DNA from: Glycera tridactyla
Lineage: Eukaryota
Assembly (NCBI GenBank): GCA_965644265.1
Contig: OZ286459.1
Span: 107,818,001 to 107,882,000 of the forward strand
Direction: 5' to 3'
DNA: 64,000 bases
Position 1 is the first letter of the stretch. Each line of letters begins with the position of its first letter. Positions 1 to 11,540 of the stretch are shown here, one piece after another. The translations under genes were made by a program, and so were the position numbers. The notes beneath the pieces are model-generated. The model did no database searches and was not told where the DNA came from. It saw only the letters and a program-made list of their open reading frames with translations.

Positions 1-239
1 ATAAGATGACACCAAGCTCATCCAGCATAATGACAACATGAATAGTTACATAGACAAGGCAGAGTTGGGCTGGTCATACTCCCACCCTGCAATCGGTCAG
101 GTTGGTGTTGCATCAACAAAATAATATGTACCAATATTGCTTCAGATTCGTCCTTCAAGAAGTTTAATTCAAAATCCACCTTCGTGGAAGATCTCATCTT
201 GACCACAACATGGAAACTGGTTGTAATTTCTCATTGCCA

Positions 240-420
240 TCGAACCTGTCTATGAAGACCTCTTTTTGCTGCATGGAGAATGTGGTCTTTGTATAGAGAT
301 CGCCATTATAGAGAGGTTGTTTTCAGTTGAAAATTCTTTGTAACACTCACAGCTCAGGGTGGCCTTGGTGGGTAGGTGGTCATTGTGAAAAGTGATCCCT
401 TGAGCGAGTTCAACTGTACC
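240..420 (-). mobile_element. Decayed CAGT-family MITE fragment
   Basis: CGAACCTGTCTATGAAGACCTC and GGTCTTTGTATAGAG modules resemble those of the 52830 copy. Confidence 0.45.
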
Positions 421-3400
421 TCGTTTCACACATGACCAGATGTGCGTTGCCTCGTACACACTATATATATATATATATATATATTCGAGGCATTGTTGAA
501 AGTTTTGCAATATTTTTCGAGAAGTTAGTTCCCTACTTACATTTACCCCCCCCCCCCCAAAAAAAAATGAAATAAATGATAAGATAGTATCAAGACACAA
601 AAAACAAATTGGATGTCTGTATGGAGGAAATGTCTGGTTTGTTGTGAGAAGGAGAAATAAATAACAGGTAACATTTGTGAAGTACATCAGAAAATCTCTG
701 GTGACTAGTGGTGGGATATCCTGATTTTATCCAATACTTATGGATGTAAAAATCTTTGGTAGGTCAACATCCGTATGAGTTCCTACTAAATGAGGAAAAA
801 GTCATGCTTTCTTTGCTAGATCTGCCAAAAAACAATAAAAACTTCCTCGTGTCTTTGCTGGCGATCATGGCAGAAATCAACCACATGTCAGATAAGAGTG
901 AAGATAGGTTTCTTCACTAACAGTCTCAGTCTCGGTTAGAAATGTGGAAACCATTGTTCGCACTAGTGATCTGTTGCACCCGTCAATCATGCCGTCACCC
1001 GGTGAAAACTATAATTTCTCAATCACGCCAATCAGCAATCAATTTCATGATGGAAAAACAATCGCGTTGAAGAGTAAAAAACGAGCAGATGGTAATGATG
1101 CATTGAACTTTACGTGACTCAGCTAATCCTCGAACGAGTCAGTAGTTTTTTTAGAGCCAGATTTATATTGCTGATTTTAATGATTAGCCCACCTTCAATT
1201 GAAATATTTTGACATAAAAAATTGGTGCGACAAGATTGAAGATGAACTTTGTTGCCGATTAACCCCTCCGACCTTTTTGATTAAATCTGGTGACGACCTT
1301 TGTTCATGATTAATCGCTTTTCTGTTGCATACATCAATGTTTAAGTTGGCATAGTATTTGTAATCATAGCTCATGCAGTTATAAGATGTTCCTGGCTACA
1401 TTGTCAGAAATGCACTGTCGGCCCTCATGTATTGCTTGCGGAATTCACGCAGCTTCAAGGTAACTCTGTCAGACATCAAAATTTATGGCAGCTTTTTACC
1501 AGTGAATCAAACGCTACTAATTGGAAAGATCATACTCAAACATGTTTAGTAATATCATTTTTCTATGTTTTTCTTTCACTTTTTGTTGTTGATATGTGAG
1601 AGCAGTGATATAAATGAAAAACAATATCAGAAAATCCTTGAAAATTTATGGTAAAGCACAAACCAGCAAAGACAGCATAATATAGATCCTGCATCAGGCT
1701 TATCATGTTTACATGTTCTAGTGAATTTAAATTTAAAGTCATTGGGAAGGTAAAGAGGGATGTCAAGAAATGCGGCCATATTCAGTGGTATGTTGGTTAA
1801 TGCAATTCTGGAATCCTCTCCAAGCTTCTAATTGCACAATTCAAATACTAATTGATTTGGGCGATTGAAATATTCGGAGGTATGATCGGAGAACTTCGGT
1901 CGAATGTCTGGTCTCTTGCCAAATGATGTAGATCTGCTGTATATGCTGATCGAAAATTCAATAAAAATCTTAATACGTGTTAAGTAGTGAACTAAAAATT
2001 TTCCTTGTTCATTCTTGGATATGGATTCAATATTGAATTTTAGCCAAGAAAGTCCTTTTCGAGCATACAGCCAGTGTATATTTTTTGTCAACATCTTGAC
2101 ATTTGTTAACTTTTGGAGGGAATTCAATGCCCCGAAGATGTTAACAACTGAAAACACCATGGTAATCATTCGAAAAAAGTTGTCAAATATTTGGTCATTT
2201 GCTGAATTAAATCTGAAAGGAAAAAGGAAATCACCCCACATTACTTGATATCTGAGACTGTTTTTGGATCTACAACTAACGGCAATCACTTACTCTTTGG
2301 AAATACTTTTCAAAATGATGTTACCTTCTCTTGATCCTCATGAGTTGTATACTTCTAATTTCCAAACCTCCCCTCACAACACTCGCTGCTGTGATCCTTT
2401 ATTCAGAAATACAGAAGTTGAAATTTCTTTTGTGTATGGCATATGAGAACTGTCACCCCAGGGTTTCAACCTTCCACAAAAACATGAATATTCATGAGAA
2501 TTTCCATTGAGTCTCGGGAGAGTGATGATAAAATTCTACATGCCAAATGGTTTTGAGCCAACAGAGGTGAGAACTAATTGATAGTTGCGCAGACAGAAAA
2601 AGAAATGTGAAGATAAATTGAGCATAGGTTGCAATTTGCCTTGATTAAAAGTTGGTTTGTGATGACTTAATAGGTTTCTGTTGAAAAAACGATGACATTG
2701 AGATACACATGGAGGATGAGGTCATGGCTGCACGTTAGCTTCAATCATCTTCACTTGAACCAATTTACGATCACTTTCAACTTTGCTCTTCACTTTATTT
2801 ACATATGATAAATCAGCTATGACATTAGCTATATTCACAATCGAGTTTGAAATCCTCAAAGAATCTCAATGAATGATATAGCATTCATCAAATATTTTTT
2901 TAATAAAATTCATTGCATTTTGCCAGTCTCATCGTTTGAAATTGAGAGAATGTGTAAACTAGAAAGCAGGCTTTTCTGATAATGTAGAATTTTCACAGTA
3001 CTCACTGTACAAATTTGAAAGTTACTCAGAAATTGTCATGTGACTGGTGTAAAACCTCTGGTGATGCAAGCGATCCAAATCTTGACATGATGAGTAAAGG
3101 GCAAAATTTGTATGGTTGTCTCACACACAATTCCATGACTCCAAGCTGCTTGGACAATATACAGTTCACTGTTTGTATGATATAATAAAACAGGAGTGGC
3201 TTTAAAACCGGCGTCTGTTATGCTGCATGATGGCGGCAATTGCAATCCCCACAAATTTCTAAACATCGATTCAAATGGTCAAATCGCTTGACCAATGGTC
3301 AGTGCACCTAATCATTGGTCACTTCATGAATGCTTGACATTTTATACTGGCTTGCCTCGGACACATATATCATAATAGGTGGACTTCAGAATTCAGATAA

Positions 3401-6400
3401 ACCAGCTTTGTATGATACACAGAACTCTTCATGAAAATATAAATGACCTCTTGTCTAAAGATTTTCATACATAATTCTAGCCCAGATGCCCAAAGCAGAA
3501 ACAATGCCAATACATACATCATGATTGGTGTGAGCAGTCCATATTGAATAAGAAGTGCATGAATATGAAGATGGATGTACATACTGGGTAAATGCATGCG
3601 TGTGTGCATGCATGCATGCATACATGCATGTCTGTTGGATGCACACGGGCATCTGGCATGTCAGGAGTGATATACACGGAATGTGTGAATCAGATGCCGT
3701 GGTGAATAATTAATTTTGATTTAGAGAAGAGCCACAAGCATTGATTTATGCCCTCATGACTGCCACCGTCACTACAATTGCTTCTATTTTTAGCATTGCG
3801 TGAAAAGATGGCATCAATAATGTGTAAGGCCTGCCCTCTTCGTCTTGACACACCAAATACAAAGGTCAAGATGTGAACAAATAATTCATGCAAATCTTGA
3901 CATTACTTGACATTACAATATGTTTCTCTCACATCATATTAACTTAAAAGGCAAAAAAAGCAAGACAAGAAACAAATTACTTTAACAAGTTGTCCAAAAG
4001 TTCGATAAAAATGTGGATGTCATGCATTTAGGGAATCCTAAGTGAGATCCCATACATGCTGCTATTCTTATGGTATTAACCAAAAAAAGTCATGTACAGT
4101 ATGTAGAATTGACAATACTTACAACTAACTCCTATTCTTCCCAATAGCAGTCAAGACACAGCCACCCCTATCCATTGATACTAAGCCACAATAAATGCAA
4201 AGCCTGATCATGTAGATGTCGGGGAGTGTGCTGGCCCCAGTCCTGAGTGAGGGATGGAACCTTTTTTCTGTTGTATGGATGGCTAAAATGATTGATATTT
4301 CATAAACTGTCTCCTGTATTGTGCAAATATTTGATCTTATGGCTACACTTATGCCATGGGTAAATGAAATCCAATGAAATTACAAGATAAGGTGCATTAG
4401 AGCAGGAAGTTCGAGGTTTATCTTTATATTCCTCTTGTTCTGAGATGTCCAGTTAACAAGTTTAGGTATTACGATTACTCCAGACTGCGGGTATATATTT
4501 GGAGGCATTGTTGACACTGCTACAGCTGTCGCTGGGCTGGTGTTGTTCTAGCGGACTGATATGATACATGTACAAATCATGTGCTCCTCTGGGTCTGCAT
4601 GGCTAATCCTATGAGAATATATCATGTCCAGACCACATGTCAAGCATTGACTCTGTTCTGATAAGGATGATGGGACTGGTATGAGAACCTGGAAATCCTC
4701 ATTGATACATCCAGTATTTAGATTCTCAAGTATTTCTATACGTTGGAACCTGAGATGAGTGTCACTGAATGTGGTTCCACGGAAGAGGTTTTCACTTGTC
4801 ATTGGTATATATATATATGACTGTGTCCAAAAAAGAAAAGCTGAATAAGCAGTTGCCTATATATCTCAATTTGGGGTCTCTAGTCAGAGGATTCATTTTA
4901 TTTTATCATTTGCAAATACTTGTTACTTGCTAATGACAGGATAGTCACTATCTTGTGTGAAATACAGGGGGAGATGTCAGACTTGGAGAAAGAATGGATC
5001 ACTCTGTGACATTAATAGATGTCCACAAAATTCATGATAGAAGTTGCACGAGAATGGAGAATGTTACTGAAATTGTCTTATGCCAATTAAATGAACGACT
5101 GATGGATGTTGAACATATGTGTCTGCTGGATGTTCATAACATGGTGTACCAACAAATACCGAAGCAATAACCTTGGGGATTGATGACACACCACCGTTAA
5201 AAAGTAAAAAAGATTGTGTATCAGATGTGTGGCTTGCTAATATAGAGGGTTGCGAGTGAGAGAGTAATTTAGAAAAGTCTGCTCAATCCAAATAAAAGAG
5301 GCAGGATGTAGGGTCTGGTACAATTGGATTTTGTGTAGGTGCGCTCAGTCGCTCTCTGTATCTCTCTGTGTGTCCGTCTCTCAGTCTGTCTGTCTCTGTC
5401 TCTCTCTCTCAAATGCACACCCTCATATCTCCCTGCAAGTGTCAGTGGTAAGAATCCTGATAACTTTTGCTAAGTTGCATTTCACTTCTCACAAGCAAGG
5501 GACTTGTCTTTTATCAGAATTTCTTGTACATAGAATGTCTTATTTAGGTCCAACCAGGACTTTCATGCTGGTCCAGTCAGACAGACTAACTGACAGACAG
5601 ACAGGAGACGCCTTCAAAGTTTGATGACACTTTTACTATTGGTGTATTCATGAGGTTTCATCCAGTGGATGGCCTTCACTCAGCTGCGGTACATCGATGC
5701 TGTTCATGGGCATTGATTGGACACATTCTAACCAGTTAAATTGGGTGTGAAAGTATCCCTGATTAGCAGTAAAGTGGCTGCCCCTGCTGGGGATATTTGT
5801 GGGCACTAAAGCAGGGGGTACTATTGATTCATGCTGATTCATCCCATCCATGTCCAGAGGGTTGTTGAAATGTCATGCGAGCAACAGAGCACCGATTGCT
5901 GATCTGTGCACATCTGCCAGACTGCCAGGATCATTTATAGTGTTGTTCACCGTATATTAGTTGCTTTTCCCCATCCCAGGGAGGAAAAGCTAAAGAATGC
6001 ATCCATACAAGTTCCAAATATAGATGGTAACATAGATCTACGCTGTCATCAATGCTTCTAATGCTGTGAGTGCCTCGAGTTATTCTGGTAGATAGATATA
6101 GGCAAGAAAGGCACATGTTCATTGTGACACTGTGACAGCCATGTTTGAATAAGTTTTCAATCACAATATCAGTACATAGCCAGAACCAATGAAAAAATAT
6201 GCCCCCTCCCCTCTTTGAACATGCCATATTTATGCCTGTGTTGTGCTGAAAGAAGTGCACTCACAGAAAGGTCTGCAATGGAGTGGAATTTGAAGTTTGA
6301 TGAATCGTACTACAGCCGTGAGAATCACTTCTGCCACTCAAATGTCAAGACATATTGAACCTTAGGAATCAAAATTTCGAATTTCTCTTTTGCAGATTTT

Positions 6401-6560
6401 ATGACTGAAGACCTTCCATGAAAGAGTGCTATCAACAACAGATGCTTTGTCACATCTTTGACTTCGAGCATCCGCTCTATTCAATTTTGAAGTATTTCCC
6501 ATGACTAGAGACTATATAACCGCAATTTAATGATTTTCTTCTTTTGTTTTGACTTTTCAG

Positions 6561-6726
6561 TCCAATCCAGGTACACCTCCAGTGAAGAGTCCGACGAAGA
6601 TTCCGCACTATTACTCACCAGGGATGTTACCGCCGCCACCGCCCGCTCCTGTCGCTCGTCCAGTTGCCATAATTCGCTCATCAGATGGTACTACCGCAGT
6701 TGCCAGCAGCACTGCAGCTACCATCA
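6561..6726 (+). CDS. NFI: Nuclear factor I (NFI/CTF) coding exon, proline-rich transactivation region (upstream exons, including the DNA-binding domain, not seen in this window)
   Basis: Acceptor ttttgacttttcag|TCC and donor ATCA|gtaagt. Encodes SNPGTPPVKSPTKIPHYYSPGMLPPPPPAPVARPVAIIRSSDGTTAVASSTAATI. MLPPPPPAPVARPVAI aligns with the vertebrate NFIA motif MLPPPPPPPMARPVPL as I recall it (12/16). Phase 0 in, phase 1 out. Confidence 0.75.
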
Positions 6727-9486
6727 GTAAGTTGACAAGTTTCACAGTTCTGGCCCTTCACTGCACAAAGCTGTTAAATCCTGTCCTGAATTATGGATAC
6801 CCAAACTCTGTGGCCTTTGCCTGAATAGTATTGTGGTCAAAAAGGGCACAATGAGTCATACATGATGTGCCTGAAGGCACACGTAAGTCATCATTGTTTG
6901 ATATCTTTGGGAACTTGAAAATGTAGAATGGCACATGGAAACTGTTTGTCACAAGTTCAACATATTTTTGGACCATTTACCTGTGATCAATTGCATACTG
7001 TAAATCTTGAAGTATGTTCTGTATTTCTTCATGACTTGATAGCATATACTATGTGATAAACTTGTCCAGCAGTACAGATGCTAGGGATGGTGTACGGGGA
7101 TTGGGCATTGGGTGATTGGTGCATGACATGGTCTTGTTGGTTTTTGATATTTATATAGACATACCAGAGCGTCATTCTGACTGGCACACATTGATGGCAT
7201 GGCTAATGTCTTGTTGGGCCTCCCTCCATTTTCCTCCGCATTCTTCTGGCCAGCAAGTGTTTTCTTGCATGTCAGTTACCATCTTTTGATGAGATGGTAT
7301 TGAACTAGCCTCCACTGCCTCTCAACACTTCAGCAGTCAACTCATCCTAATGCAGTCTATGTTGTTCTGTAATCATTGACAGAATCGGCCTGAAAATATT
7401 CTCGACCTAAGTGCAATTGTTAGATATAGAGATATTCAGAGAAAAATATATTCATTTGAGTTGTACTTGAGAGTTAATGGTGTAATATCCATGATCAGTC
7501 GTTCATTCCAGAAGTGGGATGTACATCCATTTTTCCAGCTGGAGAGAAGACACGAAATATCTCGAGCTGCGATACATGCCATATCCCCAGGAAATTCACA
7601 CATTTCATGTCATGAAAGGTGCTGCAAGACATGCCATATCACCAGAGAGTTCAGGCATTTTATGTGATGAAATGCAATCCTACCAGCTGGGATATGGTTA
7701 TTCTGTTCAAATCCAATGGGTTCTTGCTATAATATTCTATAGTTTTCAAACAGATGTTGCATGAGATTGATAGATGTATCTGAAGAATGGTGTTTGCCCA
7801 TTGACAAATTACAATGTTCAGCAGCAATTCTTCGGGCCAACCATCATGTGCAGCATACATAGCCAAAGGCAGTCTTTGACCTTTGTCCACTCATTTGTAA
7901 TGGTAATATGGCCCGTGTTACTGATAATATAGACCTTGTTGTATACACACCTCCCTGTTTTGGGCAATCAATCTTTGGAGCTCTGTCCTATGGGTGAGGC
8001 ACACTTGCACGAATTCCCTATAGTACCCTTAGGTTTTTATGGTTTTTAACTTTGACTACAGATGATATTGACATCAGGGAAAAGATTGCATTCCAAAATG
8101 ACATATTTTCTGCTCTGTGATGAGGTTTCTGATATAGAGGAGAGGGGGTGGTCAGTGTCACTCGTTTTCCATTCTTTCTTTTGCAAATACTACTGAATAA
8201 CTGATAAGATGTGTATGGTGGCAGGGCTTTCTACCAACTTGCAGAGAAATCTTCCTTGAGAATCTCTATTGGTTGTCAAAAATATATGATAGGAATGTGT
8301 CAACTTAATTCAGATTCACAAGTTCCTCACATGTGTTCAGAAAATGCTTGAAATCAAATAAATAAGACAAAATCAAATGATAACAATTCGAGAATGTGGT
8401 TCCGAGAAGAATCACACAATGGAGAAATAGGTGGGCTCCTTTTTTTGGAAATGTAGGTTGTAGTGTATGCATGTACACTATATCATGGGTAGTCAGATTG
8501 ATTGGGTGTGGTCCCTAGTATCATTGTCACTGTGAAGATCATATATACAATATGTAATTATAGATTCTACCAGCACTTTCTGGGCGTGAAGGGTTGCTCA
8601 GTTACTTGACCTTTGACATGAAGGTCGTAAATTATTCGCCATTGTGATATACATGTCATATTGTCATTGGTTGAGAGCCTCGAGTATGATGTCCACCAGT
8701 GAGGACACTGTATCTCTGATCACCGTGACCTCTCATGACCTCCCACGTGGATGACCTCCTGAGGTCGTGCCCGCTTGCCTCATTTGGATCATTAGGTGTC
8801 ACTTCTCAACTCGATAGAGAAGTGGTCTCTAGAGCAGGTTCGACTGTTGTTGTCTTTCAATGCATGGCAATCATTCATTCAAAGTTTGATAGCACAAATT
8901 ATTATTTATTACTATCATAACATGCATTACCTGCCATCAATTTGAGTTTGTTTGCATTTTACTTTGGCGTATGGCAGGGGGTGTGACTGAAATGAGCTTT
9001 CGTGAGATCAAGGGCCACACTAAATCCCAATTCCATTACAGCCTGGTGCAGATGATGATGCATATCAAATATGTCCACAAAAGCCAACACAGTGTTGGCT
9101 CTGAGGTATGGCTGAAGTGAGACATTTGTCTCACCAATATTCAAAATGTGAGATGATTTACACGAATATGAACCAGATGTTACAAGTGCTTGCTATGGGG
9201 TGTGACTGAAGTGAGACATTTGTCTCAACACTTGAGACATTACACCCAAATGTGAGACAAAGGTCTTGCAATCTCCCCTGATCTCCAACACTGCCAACAT
9301 GAGAAAAGGAGCCTTCCATTTCTTTGATAGTCAGTCATACAGGTTATAGAATACCTATCTATATCTTGCAAGACACTTTTGTTTGAAATTACAGTGTCTT
9401 TTCTTTCACTACACTGAAAGGAGCCGTCAGGAAGAGATGATTTTTAGTATATTTGCAATTATGTATGTTCTTTATTTTTTGAGTAG

Positions 9487-9776
9487 CGTCCGCTTCGAGT
9501 ACAAGCAATTGTGGGACGTCAACATCGTCAACTTCTACGCCAGGTCCAGTAAACCGAGGTATTATGTCGAGCCCTTACACAGTAGGGTTACAGGGTCGGC
9601 CGGAGCATGCATTTGCACACATTCACCCGCAGCCGCCTCAGGTCAGTATGGTACCAGGGCAATGCGCAGCTACTGGTACTGCACCCGCTTTTATTTCTTA
9701 CGCCCGAGACCCAGTCGGGCCCTTCTCCTCCTTGTTTACTTCACACCATGTAGCCTGTACACCTTTGATGAAATGT
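9487..9776 (+). CDS. NFI: NFI coding exon (Ser/Thr/Pro-rich)
   Basis: Acceptor ttttttgagtag|CG and donor TGT|gtgagt. Phase 1 in matches the previous exon. Open frame (T)SASSTSNCGTSTSSTSTPGPVNRGIMSSPYTVGLQGRPEHAFAHIHPQPPQVSMVPGQCAATGTAPAFISYARDPVGPFSSLFTSHHVACTPLMKC. GC/CpG clearly higher than flanks. Phase 0 out. Confidence 0.75.
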
Positions 9777-11417
9777 GTGAGTGTGGAAAAATATGATTCT
9801 GATGGTCACCAATCTAAAAAAGTTGGTGTGCTCCAATCGAACCTTCTTGAAATGTTGATAAGATGAATATTGGCTAACTCACATGGAGTATCTTCCACCG
9901 AATTTCTTTGAAATTGCCTGATGAACTCATCTGTTTCCTGGAATTTTATCGGGTCAATGTGTTAGGAATACTAGTGTTAATCATTAGGAAGAAAATTCAT
10001 CAATCTTCATGAAAACTCGCACCAGAGACTCAGTAGCCCCTTGATTTTTCTTGTAATATAGTACAATCTATGGTTATCAAATAAAATCATATGCTGGTAG
10101 ATAAGATTGCCTCAAGGTTTCAAGAGTCAGAGCGATCACTTAATACCATTATTTTGGACCATACACAACAGGTATTCAAATTGACACAATTGGTGAACCT
10201 TTTTGAAGTTGCATTTATACTTTCTAATCAAAGTATTGGGGTATTTTGGATTGCAGAGGCATGACTGTCAGCAGTTTTCACCCAACTTACAAATTAAGAT
10301 TTAGGTGATACAATAATTCAGCTTATCTCAATATCAACCAAATATTCCTTTGAACTCTCTCCTGGCTTAGAATGGGCATCACACAAAAAAGTAGTCTGTA
10401 CTATATTGATACCATTTTGGCAGCACCTGAATTTCAAAATTAAGTAGCTTATTTCGTGTGTGGACAGGATTATTGAAGTTTGTGTACATTGAAAGATTTG
10501 ACATTGTCAAGATAATGAACCTTTTTTTGAGACTTTACGCTGTTAAATGTTTGCTGGGTTTCCTCAGTCTTGACTAATCTGGGATATTCAGCTCAATGAG
10601 TACTCGTATCTGCTCTCTTTTATTATCAATCGTGAATATGTTCAAGATTGAGATGGCATCTTGAGCACATGACAGACACTAAAAGATATGACATCACAAT
10701 ATTTCATGTCAGCTATTAGACTGCGCCACATGGACACTGAATTCCTTAATAATGCACAAAACACCAGAAGCACTGGCACTATCACTGGCAAGGTTAGATG
10801 CTACAGCCATTCCAGTAGTGAAGGCTAATATCCCATCTTGTAATACTCTCTTGGAAACTTGGTCACTGTGGTGATTTCACATAGCTTCATGATGTTATAT
10901 CCTCAGCGTATAATAATCAAAGCTTATTTCGTTGATAGCATATTGCTTTTTAATCACGATATATGTACATTGCTTTGTGCTTGCCGCACTGGCAATTTGA
11001 GAGGTAGTCAAAGCTTATCTGGCTTCATGTGTGTGCCCTGTAAATCTGCTGCAGGAAGAAAATATTCACCATATGAAAACAAAATTCTAACTAGATGAGG
11101 TCTCATTTGGTTGAATTACTTCCATAGAAATGATCACGCATAGGTGAGGATTCCACCATTCTTGGAAAATCTGGATACCAAGTGTCCACATTTATTTTAT
11201 TCATGTGAGGAACCTACTGCTTGCTGCAGGTTACAATCCTGCTAGTATGTTTGGTGTTTGCCCATCTTGGCTGTCCCATATATTTGGCAGCAGGGATTCA
11301 CCGATGATCCAACTAAAGCAAGAGGATTGACTGAGAATAGTCATGAGTAGGAAAGGGTACAAGCTAGTTATTGCTATCATGTTACAGATACAACAGTAGC
11401 ACAGCCAACATTGACTG

Positions 11418-11540
11418 TTGCATTCAGGGTTTGTGAGAGTGATGTCTGCAGGGGAGAGAACGTCTAGCTTTCATTGACTAGGAACACACAACATACATAA
11501 CCCTAGGGTTTATACATGCCGTTAAACCTCAAACAAACAA
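11418..11540 (+). mobile_element. 5'-truncated SINE-like retroposon with 15-bp TSD
   Basis: Core TTCAGGGTTTGTGAGAGTGATGTCTGCAGGGGAGAGAAC, tail ATACATGCCGTTAAACCTCAAACAAACAA. Flanked by direct repeats AGCCAACATTGACTG (11403-11417 and 11541-11555). Confidence 0.85.

Noticed and set aside
700-2300. Decayed retroelement coding sequence (Copia- or Penelope-like RT echoes such as FDV*QSYLEA)
   Set aside because: Motifs are too weak and scattered over frames with many stops; needs a profile search.
9383-9796. 137-aa ORF as the coding frame of the 9487 exon
   Set aside because: Incompatible with the phases of flanking exons; the Ser/Thr/Pro frame joins cleanly on both sides.
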